Below are positions 27,033 to 37,546 of a stretch of 58,611 nt of DNA, in pieces (position 1 is the stretch's first letter; every line of letters starts with the position of its first letter). Under the pieces are notes generated by a model. That model was not told where the DNA came from. It saw only the letters and a list, made by a program, of their open reading frames with translations, and did not search any database. The translations under genes were made by a program, and so were the position numbers. The stretch spans positions 1 to 58,611 of the forward strand of contig JBDROX010000028.1 of assembly GCA_043809645.1 (NCBI GenBank), in the 5' to 3' direction. Source of the stretch: Candidatus Magasanikiibacteriota bacterium (lineage in GTDB: Bacteria; Patescibacteriota; Patescibacteriia; Magasanikbacterales; UBA922).

Positions 27033-27959
27033 TTATATAAGAATATTTTTGTCTACATGGTGATACCCTTTCACAAATGTTTTTACATCCATTACCTTTT
27101 TTCCTTCGAGTTGCAGTTCTAGCACCTCAATTGAGTCATGAGAACATCCTATATACATTGTACCATCTTCAATCAGAACCTTGCCAGCTTCTATTTGTTT
27201 TTCCGCTGGTTTTATTTTAAGTAATTTTAGACGCCTATCATTCCACATTGTCCAAACTCCCGGCCATGGCGTCATGCCACGATATTGATTATAAATTTTT
27301 TGGGCAGATTGATTCCAATCTATCTTTCCGTCTTCGCGGGAAAGCTGTTTACATGTGGTTGCCTTGGAATCATCTTGATCCGCAGGCTCAAGTTTGCCCG
27401 AGGTATACGTAGGAATAGCCTCCAGGAGCGTCTCAGAGCCGATCTCTGCGAGTTTTCTGTCTAGATCGAGATACGTATCATCCGGCGCTATTTCAATTGA
27501 TTTTTGAAGAAGAATCGATCCTGTGTCGAGTCCTACATCCATCTTCATGATCGTCACGCCTGTCTCGGTTTCTCCATTCATTAAAGCTGACTGAATAGGG
27601 GAGGCACCGCGGTATTTTGGGAGGAGGGAAGTATGGACATTGAGAATACCGTACTTTGGTGTTTCTAGGATGTGTTTTGGAATCAACGCACCATACTGTG
27701 CTGTTATGCCTAGTTGATAGTCGTCAGCATCTAGTTCATGGGTTTTTAGAGAAGCAGGTTGATCGATTGGGAGGTTGTGCTGCTCTGCAAAGATTTTGAC
27801 AGGGGATTTTTGAAGCTTTTTTTTTCTACCAACTGGTTTGTCTGGTCTGGTGATGACAAGTACAACTTCAATAAGAGGACTGTCGATGAGTCCTTGCAAT
27901 ATAGTTACGGCAAAGTCGTGTGTGCCAAAGAAGAAAGTTTTTATTTGCTGATTGCTCAT
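27033..27959 (-). CDS. fmt: Methionyl-tRNA formyltransferase
   Basis: FFGTHDFAV...ILNVHTSLLPKYRGASPIQSALMNGETETGVTIM. Confidence 0.93.
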   Translation of the reverse strand: MSNQQIKTFFFGTHDFAVTILQGLIDSPLIEVVLVITRPDKPVGRKKKLQKSPVKIFAEQHNLPIDQPASLKTHELDADDYQLGITAQYGALIPKHILETPKYGILNVHTSLLPKYRGASPIQSALMNGETETGVTIMKMDVGLDTGSILLQKSIEIAPDDTYLDLDRKLAEIGSETLLEAIPTYTSGKLEPADQDDSKATTCKQLSREDGKIDWNQSAQKIYNQYRGMTPWPGVWTMWNDRRLKLLKIKPAEKQIEAGKVLIEDGTMYIGCSHDSIEVLELQLEGKKVMDVKTFVKGYHHVDKNILI

Positions 27960-28045
27960 GAAAAATCTCAAATTTATTTAGTTTACCCAATTTTCAAACA
28001 AGACTGGGTATCCAGGTATTAAAATTTTAGTAGGTGAATTAGAAA

Positions 28046-28558
28046 TTAAATATTAGAAATTTCCTCTATATCTTTTGCTTTATCGATAAAGAGAATGCCA
28101 TCAAGGTGGTCTACTTCGTGCTGAATCACGCGAGCAAAGTAGTCTGAGGCGCCAAAAGAAAGCATTTTCCCAGTACCACTTAGAGCTTCTACATGAATGT
28201 ATTTATATCGTTTTACTGTTCCGGTCTTTCCTGGGACAGAGAGACAGCCTTCGACATCTGTTGTTTTCTTTCTGCTTGTTCTCTCCCATACTGGATTCAC
28301 AAGACAGATATCTCTTTTTTCTGATTCGATCTGTGTCCAAATTTCATGATCATCTTCTATCGCGTCTTTACCAATGGTACAGATTCTAATATTTTTTTCA
28401 ATCTGTGGTGCTGCCAGGCCGATACCATCTGCGGCATGCATGGTTGGATACATGTCTTTGATAAGTGTTTGTATTTCTTTGGATGACAAAAAACCCTCAT
28501 CAATTTCAGTGGAACGCTGGCGGAGTGATTCTGTTGGTAGGGCAACTATTTTGAACAT
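28046..28558 (-). CDS. def: Peptide deformylase
   Basis: Motifs GIGLAAPQ, EGCLSVPG and HEVDHLDG. Confidence 0.95.
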   Translation of the reverse strand: MFKIVALPTESLRQRSTEIDEGFLSSKEIQTLIKDMYPTMHAADGIGLAAPQIEKNIRICTIGKDAIEDDHEIWTQIESEKRDICLVNPVWERTSRKKTTDVEGCLSVPGKTGTVKRYKYIHVEALSGTGKMLSFGASDYFARVIQHEVDHLDGILFIDKAKDIEEISNI

Positions 28559-28561
28559 ATA

Positions 28562-30451
28562 TTAATGGGAGAGTATTGAAATTGGATTTGGATCAATCTT
28601 CCAGGATCCTGGAACAAATCCATTTATCCATACAAGGTCTTCTTGCCAGGTTTTTTGATCCAGTTTTATGAGAATGCTGTACCAGTATTTTCTTCTATAA
28701 AAGATAGGATGCATTTCTATTGGATCGCCAAGTATAGCGGTTTTTTTCGCTTTTGTCAACTCTCCAGAGAGAAGGAAATAGAGTCGTTTTGCCTGGATTT
28801 CTGCTATATCCTTCTGCATGTGACCAAAGAAATATCTGGTAAGATACACATATGGTGGGTACCCCAGGGAGCGTCTGATGTTGAGATCAGTTCGGTACAT
28901 CCGGTCTGGCTCATTGAGAGACCTGAGTGTGAGCTGCTTTGGGTTGAAGGTCTGGATAAAAAATGTACTCAAATTATTTTTGCGAAACATAACTTCCTGG
29001 ATTCGGTGCCAGACATGTTCTGCAGCTCGAAATTCTGGGAGGATGAGTTGCTTATCAATATCAATAAAAATAATGAGCTTTGTTTTATTCCACCTAATCT
29101 GAGAAAATGCCATTTCTGTTCCAATAATAATCCTTGGCTTATCGCTGTCTGGAAGCACATGATTTGAATTGCTGTCAATTCGAATGATCTCATGACTATT
29201 TTGGCCAATAGTTTTTCTGAGTATTGTCTCAACCTGCTCTGTGCCCATACCACGAAGTTCTACTATGGTAGATTTGCATGCTGGACACTGTGTAGTCATC
29301 GGTTTGTTACTTTTACAATAATGACAGTGGAGTGTTCTGGTCTCGCTATGGAAGATTAACGGCAGTGTACACGTTGGACACACTTCCTTGAATCCACAGT
29401 CATTGCATCCCACAGAGGTAGCATATCCTTTTCTATTTATAAATATGAAGACATCCTCCTTCGCCTCCAGGAGCGCATTTTGTACTCGATCACCAAAGAC
29501 ATCGTAGTTTCTTGCTTTTCTTTCTTCTGACATGTCGATGAGTGCGTAGTTCTTTGTTCTTAGTTCATAGTTTTTTGCTGAGTATTGTTTTTTGTGTATG
29601 TGAAAGTAACTTTCGACACTTGGAGAGAAACTTGCGTAGGTGAGAGTTGCTCCTGTCTGCCACGAAAGAAGTTCCGCCACGTCTTTTGCATGAAATCGAG
29701 GATTCTGATCCCAGTGCTTATGGTTTTCTGCATGTTCATAGTCGAGCACGATGTTTTTTAGATTAAAAAAAGAAAGGAAAACAGAACTTCTGGTTCCAAT
29801 AATAATGTCTTTTTTCCCATTTCGAATATCAAGCCATCGTGAAAATTTTTCTTTTGTTGATAATGTGCTGTGCCAAGAAACTACCCGATCTTTTTTTTCG
29901 TCTGGAAGGGAATCATATACTTCATCAATCAGGTAGACTTCTGGAACAAGAATCAGCGTTTGGGCTTGGAGCTTCTCAAAAAGTCTCGTATGTTCATTTT
30001 GGCTCGAGTAGAGTCTATACTCTGGTTTTTTCTTTTTTACTGGCCGCTGTTTTTTTATTTTCTTTAGTTCAATTTTTTTGATCTTTCTTTTTTGTATTGG
30101 GAGTACTGACATCTTTGCCATCTGTGCAATAGAAACGCCATACCAGGAACTTGTGGTAGACAGTAATTCGAGATATTGCTCTGAAACAAGAGGTACTTCG
30201 TGAACAATATTGACGAGTAGTTTTAGATCTTCACTGCTATCTTTCTTTTTAATAGAAAAAACAAGTCCAAATTCTTCGGACTTTTGAAATGGAATTGTAA
30301 CAAGTTGGCCTAGCTTAATGTTTTTTTCAAATTCTTTTGGAACGCTGTAGCTAAAAAGGCCGAGGTGCCTTGGGAGACGCCTAAGTGGAATGATGTGTGC
30401 GTACACAGTTTTTTTAGAATTCAAAATGGCCTGTAAGATATCCGACACCAA
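28562..30451 (-). CDS. priA: Primosomal protein N' (PriA) homologue with degenerate helicase motifs
   Basis: The Cys-rich zinc region CNDCGFKEVCPTCTLPLIFH...CHYCKS...CPACKS and LILVPEV / GTRSSVF / DYEH align to PriA. No GxGKT Walker A is visible: YSSQNEHT sits where GVTGSGKT is expected. Confidence 0.8.
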   Translation of the reverse strand: MVSDILQAILNSKKTVYAHIIPLRRLPRHLGLFSYSVPKEFEKNIKLGQLVTIPFQKSEEFGLVFSIKKKDSSEDLKLLVNIVHEVPLVSEQYLELLSTTSSWYGVSIAQMAKMSVLPIQKRKIKKIELKKIKKQRPVKKKKPEYRLYSSQNEHTRLFEKLQAQTLILVPEVYLIDEVYDSLPDEKKDRVVSWHSTLSTKEKFSRWLDIRNGKKDIIIGTRSSVFLSFFNLKNIVLDYEHAENHKHWDQNPRFHAKDVAELLSWQTGATLTYASFSPSVESYFHIHKKQYSAKNYELRTKNYALIDMSEERKARNYDVFGDRVQNALLEAKEDVFIFINRKGYATSVGCNDCGFKEVCPTCTLPLIFHSETRTLHCHYCKSNKPMTTQCPACKSTIVELRGMGTEQVETILRKTIGQNSHEIIRIDSNSNHVLPDSDKPRIIIGTEMAFSQIRWNKTKLIIFIDIDKQLILPEFRAAEHVWHRIQEVMFRKNNLSTFFIQTFNPKQLTLRSLNEPDRMYRTDLNIRRSLGYPPYVYLTRYFFGHMQKDIAEIQAKRLYFLLSGELTKAKKTAILGDPIEMHPIFYRRKYWYSILIKLDQKTWQEDLVWINGFVPGSWKIDPNPISILSH

Positions 30452-31205
30452 ATGGTGCTTCGTATGCCATGTTTTTGAATGAATAGTTCATGTTCTTGAG
30501 AACACCAAGGGTGAGAAGAATTGCCCTGTACCCACAGCACGCTGAATTTTTCACAAGCTCGGGATCCATTTCTGCGAAGCCAAGAGTATTGCGTGTTTCA
30601 AGAAGTGTTATGGCCTGTTCATCAAAAATTTTTCCATCTATGTGAAATCCCGCAGGAGATTCATCTGTGAGTGCGTGGGAGAGATCTGCAGAGGCGATGA
30701 GTGCGACACGCTTGTCAGACTCCATAATGACGTCCTTGAGGAGTTCTCCAAAGTCTAGATGCTTCTTTGGGTCAAGTCCACTAAAGCCGACTGGAAGCAC
30801 TTTCACCTCTGGAAGATGGCGTGTGAGATAGTGGAGCGGGATGCTTGTTCCGTGATCGATTCGTGATTCACTGACGAGCTGAACTGGAATATCTTTTGGA
30901 TTACTCTTGTGAGAAATAATAGCCGCCATATCTGGGATGCCTCTCCATTCATCCTTGGTTGCAAGGTCACCAAATTCTTCGTATGAAGAAGTGAGTTTCG
31001 TGTCTGCATTTACAGAAAAAGCATCCTCAAAGATGCTCCCGTGTGGCGAAATTACCATGATAACATTTGGTTTTGCAAGATAGAGCTCTTGCTCCATGGC
31101 ATCCATGGCTGATTTGGTTTTTTCGATTTTTTCGAGCTTGTCTTTCCCAATATTTTCTATGAGAAGGGGTGGGTGTGGTGTGATGGCTGCGAAGACGAGT
31201 GACAT
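30414..31205 (-). CDS. LigB/MEMO-like class III extradiol-dioxygenase-fold protein
   Basis: AAITPHPPLLI, VISPHG, RIDHGTSIPL and SADLSHAL are the conserved metal-site motifs of this fold. Confidence 0.65.
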   Translation of the reverse strand: MSLVFAAITPHPPLLIENIGKDKLEKIEKTKSAMDAMEQELYLAKPNVIMVISPHGSIFEDAFSVNADTKLTSSYEEFGDLATKDEWRGIPDMAAIISHKSNPKDIPVQLVSESRIDHGTSIPLHYLTRHLPEVKVLPVGFSGLDPKKHLDFGELLKDVIMESDKRVALIASADLSHALTDESPAGFHIDGKIFDEQAITLLETRNTLGFAEMDPELVKNSACCGYRAILLTLGVLKNMNYSFKNMAYEAPFGVGYLTGHFEF

Positions 31206-31235
31206 ATGCTTATAGTCAAGAACGAAGTGCTAATA

Positions 31236-33518
31236 TCAAAAAGTTTGTATGGTCCAGGCTGCGAGCTTTTCTGGTTCATTGAATTGACCTGAGTAGTCTG
31301 AATTTCCCATAGTTATCGTAACAAATTTTTTCCCATCTGTCTTCCTTTCTATTAACATTGCCAGATTTGCACCCGCTTCGTCAATATAGCCAGTCTTGCT
31401 CGCAATAATATTGAACGAGAGGTCTGCTTCTCGGACCAGATTATTTGTGTGTCTCTTGTAGTGGTATGGTTGGTCATCAGTATCCTTCACTTCTGTATAT
31501 TCATAATCAACCGTACCTAGAAGAGTTTTAATTTCTTGATTTTTGAGTGCATTCACGAAGAGTGTGTTGTATTCCCTGATTGTAGATTGATTGTCCACAC
31601 CTCCACCATACGGATCCACAAATGATGTCTTTGAAAGACCCCATGCATTAGCCTGCTCATTCATATTTTTTACAAATATTGTTGGAGATAAACCAATAGA
31701 ATCAACCAACATGTATGATGGGGTGTTATACGAACGAATCATCATGTCTTTGATAAGGTCTCTGTTTCTGACCATATCACCGTTTGCAAGTTTGATATAG
31801 TGATATTGTGCTCGATGTTTGTTCTCGTCATAAGTAGAGATATATTGCAGATTGAGTCCTTTATCAAAGAGAACATATCCACCCATAACTTTAGTAAGAG
31901 AAGCAAGTGGTCGGACAGTATCAAGGTTCTTGCCAGCTAGAATTTCACCAGTTTCATAATCTGCAACAATGTATCCGTCGACCGGCGTGTTGAATTGTTT
32001 TCCAAGAAAAGAGATTTCTGATTCTGGCGTAGTTACCATGACAGCTACTTCTTTCTCAATTTTTATTCCGGCGACCTGTTCTGGAGTGCTTGTTTCGGCT
32101 ATAACAGGAGGAGTAACTGGCTTTGGGGGATTAACAATGTCTGTTACCTCTGACTTGAGATAGATTGGTTCACCGGTCTGGTGCGCCATACCAGCAAAGT
32201 CATTCATCCAGACAATATTTCCCCAGCTGTACCCGAGACCGTCAAATATTTTTTCTGAGACAATATGTCTTTTCTTGCTATGCTCTACAGCATAGATTTT
32301 GTTCGATCCAGTAATTCCAAAAAGTGTTCCATTTTTAATGAGAATATTTGACCCGCGCTCTAGCCCAGAGAGTTCAGAAGCTCGAATTGTTTCGAGTGTT
32401 AGGTGTGGAAAGTTGATATTAGCGATTGCTTTGTCAAGGACTGGGTGGTATATGCCGTTAGAAATATAATAGATGGATCCATTTTCTTTTACCATGGCGA
32501 GTTTTCCAAGTGGATTTTCTTCCCCACTCTTTATAGTGGAGCCTATTCGGTATTCGTCAATATCAGTTTCTGTTACAGGAATGATTTCATCCGGGTGGTA
32601 GCCAAGTTGTTTGACTGTCTCATAGCTTTCGAAAGGTCTGAGGGTGTCGAAATCAAGGAGGTAATATGATCCGCCTTTCTGAAGTATTGCATAGTTCGGA
32701 AGCGCAATAGAATTGCCTGTGGTATACCGCGCAAGCTCAGAAGGTGGAACTGTGATGATCATTTTTGGGTCAAATCTGGAGATGAGTGCGGTCATGCTGT
32801 CGAAAGATCTCTTTGTTCCGTCCTGAATGACGTAAACCGTTGGGCTATCTGTTGTTTTTACGAGCGTACTATCTGGATATACTTGCTCGAACCATTTTTG
32901 CCAGAGCTTCCAAAAGTTTTCATTGCCCTGAATATGCGGTGTGTATGTATAGAGAAAACCTGTTGCATCACTCTGTGGAGTGATGATCTGTCCATCAATA
33001 TTGTATGACTTATGTGCTGTCTTAATCCAGGTTTCGTTCACCATGTGATCATAATACCAGCGCATGATTCCAGCAGCACTGTCTACTTGTTTTCCAAAGC
33101 CTTTATTCTTCGTATACATATCACAGTCCCATCCACAGCCATCTGAAATTCCATAGCCGGTCGCACCATCGAGTGCCTTCTGTGTTGGATCTGGGTCTGT
33201 GATTAGACTCTGTTCCTTCTGGAGTTTGACGAGGAGATATTTTGGATTGATGGTGTGTTCTTGGGCTGCTCTAGAGATAATGTCTGCAGCAAGTCTTGGT
33301 ATACCATCCACATCCTCTGCTTTGAAGCTCTTCAGAAAACTACTCTTTTCATTCAAGAATGCTTGTATGTCAGCACGAGACATGGTGTCGGCATCCTGGA
33401 GCTCTTCATCGCTAATGATAAAATTTGGATTGAATTCTGATGCAAAAAGGGCTATGCTTGGCATAAAAAGAGCAAGAACTGCAAAAATTGCGACTAGACT
33501 GAAAGTTGATTGTTTCAT
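31236..33518 (-). CDS. Secreted cell-wall protein with C-terminal D-alanyl-D-alanine carboxypeptidase (S11/PBP5-like) domain
   Basis: Signal peptide MKQSTFSLVAIFAVLALF, and SxxK (ASLTK), SxN (SYN) and KTG (SKTGY) motifs in the last 250 aa. I chose the ATG at 33518. Confidence 0.8.
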   Translation of the reverse strand: MKQSTFSLVAIFAVLALFMPSIALFASEFNPNFIISDEELQDADTMSRADIQAFLNEKSSFLKSFKAEDVDGIPRLAADIISRAAQEHTINPKYLLVKLQKEQSLITDPDPTQKALDGATGYGISDGCGWDCDMYTKNKGFGKQVDSAAGIMRWYYDHMVNETWIKTAHKSYNIDGQIITPQSDATGFLYTYTPHIQGNENFWKLWQKWFEQVYPDSTLVKTTDSPTVYVIQDGTKRSFDSMTALISRFDPKMIITVPPSELARYTTGNSIALPNYAILQKGGSYYLLDFDTLRPFESYETVKQLGYHPDEIIPVTETDIDEYRIGSTIKSGEENPLGKLAMVKENGSIYYISNGIYHPVLDKAIANINFPHLTLETIRASELSGLERGSNILIKNGTLFGITGSNKIYAVEHSKKRHIVSEKIFDGLGYSWGNIVWMNDFAGMAHQTGEPIYLKSEVTDIVNPPKPVTPPVIAETSTPEQVAGIKIEKEVAVMVTTPESEISFLGKQFNTPVDGYIVADYETGEILAGKNLDTVRPLASLTKVMGGYVLFDKGLNLQYISTYDENKHRAQYHYIKLANGDMVRNRDLIKDMMIRSYNTPSYMLVDSIGLSPTIFVKNMNEQANAWGLSKTSFVDPYGGGVDNQSTIREYNTLFVNALKNQEIKTLLGTVDYEYTEVKDTDDQPYHYKRHTNNLVREADLSFNIIASKTGYIDEAGANLAMLIERKTDGKKFVTITMGNSDYSGQFNEPEKLAAWTIQTF

Positions 33519-33601
33519 AGTGAGTTTAGTATAGCATAGGCCTGAAATGAGGAAAAGAGAACAGTTGCATTTTTGTCTTAGTTTAGATAAACTGTGGGTA
33601 T

Positions 33602-34273
33602 ATGAACACTGGAGTACTCTACATTGTTGCAACACCAATTGGAAATCTCAAAGATATTACTTTTCGGGCAGTTGAGACTTTGAAAAAAGTTGATTTAGTT
33701 TTGTGTGAAGACACACGAGTTACAAAGAAACTTTTGTCGCATTATCAGATTGACACACGGACAATGAGCTACCATCAGCATTCGGATGACAAGAAAGTGA
33801 AAGAAATTATTGAACTGCTTCAAGACGGAAAAGATCTTGCGCTGGTGACTGATGCCGGTACGCCGGGAATTTCGGATCCAGGTGGCCACCTTGTGGCTGA
33901 AATTCGAAATTCGAAATTCGAAATTCGGGCAGTTCCTATTCCAGGTCCTTCCGCGGTTACTGCGGCTTTGTCGATTTCTGGATTTCCAACTGACAAGTTT
34001 TTCTTTATGGGCTTTCCTCCACATAAGAACAAAAGAAAGAAATTTTTTACTGAAGTTGCTGATGCCAAGTATACGGTTGCGTTTTATGAATCAAGTCATA
34101 GAATACAGAAAGCACTGAAAGAGCTCGAAGAAGTGCTAAAGAAAGATAGAGAGATGTGTGTTTGCCGGGAATTAACAAAGAAATTCGAGAGTATCTATTG
34201 TGGAACGGTTGAAGAGATTCTAGAAATGGAAATCCCGGAGAAAGGGGAGTTTGTTGTTTTAGTAAGAAAATAG
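33602..34273 (+). CDS. rsmI: 16S rRNA (cytidine1402-2'-O)-methyltransferase
   Basis: LYIVATPIGNLKDITFRA...LCEDTR...DAGTPGISDPG...PGPSAVTAAL. Confidence 0.93.
   Translation: MNTGVLYIVATPIGNLKDITFRAVETLKKVDLVLCEDTRVTKKLLSHYQIDTRTMSYHQHSDDKKVKEIIELLQDGKDLALVTDAGTPGISDPGGHLVAEIRNSKFEIRAVPIPGPSAVTAALSISGFPTDKFFFMGFPPHKNKRKKFFTEVADAKYTVAFYESSHRIQKALKELEEVLKKDREMCVCRELTKKFESIYCGTVEEILEMEIPEKGEFVVLVRK
33899..33929 (+). repeat. 7-nt tandem array GAAATTC x4 followed by GGG (in rsmI)
   Basis: Read directly; it encodes EIRNSKFEIR. Confidence 0.95.
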
Positions 34274-34277
34274 AAGT

Positions 34278-35027
34278 ATGAGTATATTGTTTTTACTGGA
34301 GTCACCAGCTTTTTGGATAAAAGATGCATCTCCTATAGCAATACTTATTTTTGTAATACTGTTTTCCTTTCTCATCGCCTATAGTAAAAAAAGAAATGAA
34401 TTACAATTTATTCTGCTAGGCTTTCCTCTTACGTTAGGCAGTTCATTCTTTTTTCTCGTTGCATGGGGTAGTGCAACAGAGGCTGGAAATGTATTTATTC
34501 CTCTTTTGCTTTCTTTGGCGTGTTTGGTAGGCCTACTCTTATATTACGTACGAACTGTCCTTGGGAAAACTGACAAGAACAAAAGTTATTTGCTTCGAAT
34601 ACTCTATCTACCGCTTATGTATGTGTTTTTTATTGCTAGTATGGGTTCAATGATGTGGATGGCAGACAGTTCTGAAAGAGTCATACAAATTGACGTTGGA
34701 GAGAATCCTTATATTCCTGGAGAAATGCACAATCCACCGGTCCGAATGCATGTATGGAACATTGGATTTTGGACCGGATCAATTTCAGAAGAGAAAGAAA
34801 TGCAGTTAGTCGAAGAACATAAATACGCAAGGCTCATTAAACATATTGGTGATGAAAAAGCTATCGGCTGGGACGAAACAATGGTAAAGGGGGCTTTTAA
34901 TGAACCAGATCGTATTATAAAAACTGAAGGTGGGGAAACATGGCTGTATCGTGCATGGCAAAATCATCCTGATTGGGAATTGCCAGTATATATGAAAGAT
35001 GGATTACTTCTTAAGATAGGAGATTAA
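34278..35027 (+). CDS. Membrane-anchored hypothetical protein
   Basis: 249 aa, with 4-5 N-terminal TM segments and a soluble C-terminal domain. Confidence 0.5.
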   Translation: MSILFLLESPAFWIKDASPIAILIFVILFSFLIAYSKKRNELQFILLGFPLTLGSSFFFLVAWGSATEAGNVFIPLLLSLACLVGLLLYYVRTVLGKTDKNKSYLLRILYLPLMYVFFIASMGSMMWMADSSERVIQIDVGENPYIPGEMHNPPVRMHVWNIGFWTGSISEEKEMQLVEEHKYARLIKHIGDEKAIGWDETMVKGAFNEPDRIIKTEGGETWLYRAWQNHPDWELPVYMKDGLLLKIGD

Positions 35028-35034
35028 TAAACAT

Positions 35035-36549
35035 ATGAAAAAACAATTTTACATTTCAACTGCCATTCCATATGTGAATGCGAGGCCTCATATTGGGCAT
35101 GCTTTGGAATACATACAAACTGATGCTGTTGCTCGGTATCAGCGGCTCGTCGGCAAGGATGTATTCTTTTTGTCTGGCACCGATGAGAATTCACTCAAAA
35201 ATGTTCAGGCTGCAGAAAAGGCTGGGAAGAGTGTTCAGGAATTTGTTGATGAACATTACACCTATTTTTATAATTTTAAAGACGCACTGAACATTTCTTT
35301 TGACGACTTCATTCGTACGACAGAGGGAATACATTTCAAAGGTGCCCAGAAGCTATGGTCGAATTTCAAGCCAGAAGATTTGGAAAAGAGATTATACAAA
35401 GGACTCTATTGCATTGGGTGTGAAGCATTTTATAAAGAAGAAGAACTCGTTGATGGAAAATGTCCAGAGCATAAAGTAGAACCAGAGACGGTAGAGGAAG
35501 AGAATTGGTTTTTTAAACTCAGCAATTATCAAGAGAAGATCAAGGAGCTCATAGAAAAAGATGAAATCAAGATTCTACCAGAATCAAAAAAGAACGAATG
35601 GCTGGCGTTCATTGATCGAGGACTTGAAGATTTTAGTATTTCGAGATCGCATGAGCGTGCACATGGTTGGGGAGTTCCAGTTCCTGGAGACGAGGGGCAG
35701 ATCATGTATGTCTGGGTGGATGCACTGTCGAACTATATCACTGCGCTTGACTATGCAGAGGATGGAGAGAGATTCAAAAAATACTGGCAAGAGTGTGAAG
35801 ACAGAGTTCATGTTATTGGAAAGGGGATTGGGAAGTTTCATGTACTTTATTGGCCAGCAATGTTGCTTTCTGCGGGTGTTGCACTTCCTACAGAAGAATT
35901 CATACATGGATATGTGACAGTAGAGGGAGAGAAGATTAGTAAGTCACTTGGAAATACTATTGATCCATACGAGGTTACAGAGAAGTACGGAATTGACCCT
36001 GTTCGGTTTTACCTCCTTGGAGCTATCTCTTCTGCTCAGGATGGAGATTTTTCAATAGAGCGATTTGAAGAATTCTATACAGCCCATCTTGCGAACGGCA
36101 TCGGAAACCTTACTTCTAGAATTCTAACAATGCTTGAAAAATATTCTGAATCAAAGGTGCCGGCCATTTCAGAAGATATATTTGACACACCAACATTTTG
36201 GGATAATTACGAAGTTTCTTTTGAGAACTATAAGTTTGAGGATGTTGTTGGATACATAAATAAACTTGTTGCACTCTGTGACGGAGTCATCTCAGAGCAA
36301 AAGCCATGGGAAAAAGAAAAGGCTGGAGAAAATATTGATGAACTTCTATATCAGCTTGCTGAGTGCCTCAGACATATTGGATTGGCTTTGCTTCCAATTA
36401 TTCCACAAAGTGCTGGAAAGATTCTCTTCGGGCTTGGAATTGAGGCGGGGAGCTTGGAAGATTTAAAGATTGAGAAAAAATGGGGAAAATTACAAAGTGG
36501 TCAAAAAGTTGAAAAAGGTGATGCATTATTTCCTAGGCTTGTGCAATAA
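35035..36549 (+). CDS. metG: Methionine--tRNA ligase
   Basis: HIGH-type PHIGHALEY, KMSKS-type KISKSLGN, and the zinc knuckle CIGCEAF...CPEH. Confidence 0.95.
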   Translation: MKKQFYISTAIPYVNARPHIGHALEYIQTDAVARYQRLVGKDVFFLSGTDENSLKNVQAAEKAGKSVQEFVDEHYTYFYNFKDALNISFDDFIRTTEGIHFKGAQKLWSNFKPEDLEKRLYKGLYCIGCEAFYKEEELVDGKCPEHKVEPETVEEENWFFKLSNYQEKIKELIEKDEIKILPESKKNEWLAFIDRGLEDFSISRSHERAHGWGVPVPGDEGQIMYVWVDALSNYITALDYAEDGERFKKYWQECEDRVHVIGKGIGKFHVLYWPAMLLSAGVALPTEEFIHGYVTVEGEKISKSLGNTIDPYEVTEKYGIDPVRFYLLGAISSAQDGDFSIERFEEFYTAHLANGIGNLTSRILTMLEKYSESKVPAISEDIFDTPTFWDNYEVSFENYKFEDVVGYINKLVALCDGVISEQKPWEKEKAGENIDELLYQLAECLRHIGLALLPIIPQSAGKILFGLGIEAGSLEDLKIEKKWGKLQSGQKVEKGDALFPRLVQ

Positions 36550-36577
36550 CATTTATTGATACACGTCTTGTAATATT

Positions 36578-37531
36578 ATGGATTATAAAAAACTAAAAGA
36601 ATTTGGCAAAGTGAAGCTCAATGAGCCACTTGCCAAGTACACAACATTCAAGATCGGTGGACCAGCTGATTGCTTTGTGATAGTGGACACATCAGAAAAT
36701 TTTGCAGAAGTTCTGAAGTATTTAGATGGTGTTGGGCAAGATTACATCATCCTAGCCGGAGGAAGCAATGTGCTTGTCGGTGATGCTGGATACAAAGGTG
36801 TGGTGATTCATCCGAGAAACTCGAAACTTGAAATTCGAAATTCGGGAATTCTTGTTGAAGCAGGATGTCCTACAGCAAGAGCTGCACAGGAATCTATCAA
36901 AGCAGGTTTTGTCGATTTTGCATGGGGAGTTGGGATTCCCGGAACTATTGGTGGTGCGATCCGTGGGAATGCAGGGGCTATGGGAAGTGAGATGAAAGAT
37001 CATGTAGAGAAGCTCGAAGTATACCGAGATGGAGAAGTCATCGAGCTTTCAAATGAAGAATGTGAATTTGGATATCGAGAAAGCATTTTCAAACATGGTG
37101 GGGGAATTATTCTACGTGCTTGGCTCAAGCTCGAAAAAGGTGATGCAGGGAAGGCTATGAAAGAGGCCATGGAGCACTTATCATATCGTGCGTGTAATCA
37201 GCCACAGGGTTTTGGAAGCGCTGGATGCACTTTCAAGAATCTTCCTATCTCAAAAGAGGAACAAGAAATTATTAAATCTAAAACAGATGACCCAAAAGTT
37301 CTTGAAACTATGGAAAAGTATAATAAAGTCCCGATTGGTCGACTTATTGAGCTATGTGGTTTGAGAGGTTTTCGGATTGGCAACGCAGGCGTGAGTGAAA
37401 AACATGGTAATTTTATTGTAAATCTTGGAGAAGCGACAGCAGAGGATGTACACACTGTAATTGAAAAAGTAAAAGAAAAAGTGTATACTACTTTTGGTAT
37501 TTCTATTCAAGAAGAAATCTATTTTATGTAA
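36578..37531 (+). CDS. murB: UDP-N-acetylmuramate dehydrogenase
   Basis: TFKIGGPADCF...GGGSNVLV...GIPGTIGGAIRGNAGA...AGCTFKN. Confidence 0.93.
   Translation: MDYKKLKEFGKVKLNEPLAKYTTFKIGGPADCFVIVDTSENFAEVLKYLDGVGQDYIILAGGSNVLVGDAGYKGVVIHPRNSKLEIRNSGILVEAGCPTARAAQESIKAGFVDFAWGVGIPGTIGGAIRGNAGAMGSEMKDHVEKLEVYRDGEVIELSNEECEFGYRESIFKHGGGIILRAWLKLEKGDAGKAMKEAMEHLSYRACNQPQGFGSAGCTFKNLPISKEEQEIIKSKTDDPKVLETMEKYNKVPIGRLIELCGLRGFRIGNAGVSEKHGNFIVNLGEATAEDVHTVIEKVKEKVYTTFGISIQEEIYFM
36816..36851 (+). repeat. 7-nt tandem array GAAACTC GAAACTT GAAATTC GAAATTC GGGAATTC (in murB)
   Basis: Read directly; it encodes RNSKLEIRNSGI. Confidence 0.9.
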
Positions 37532-37546
37532 TAAACATATATCAGT

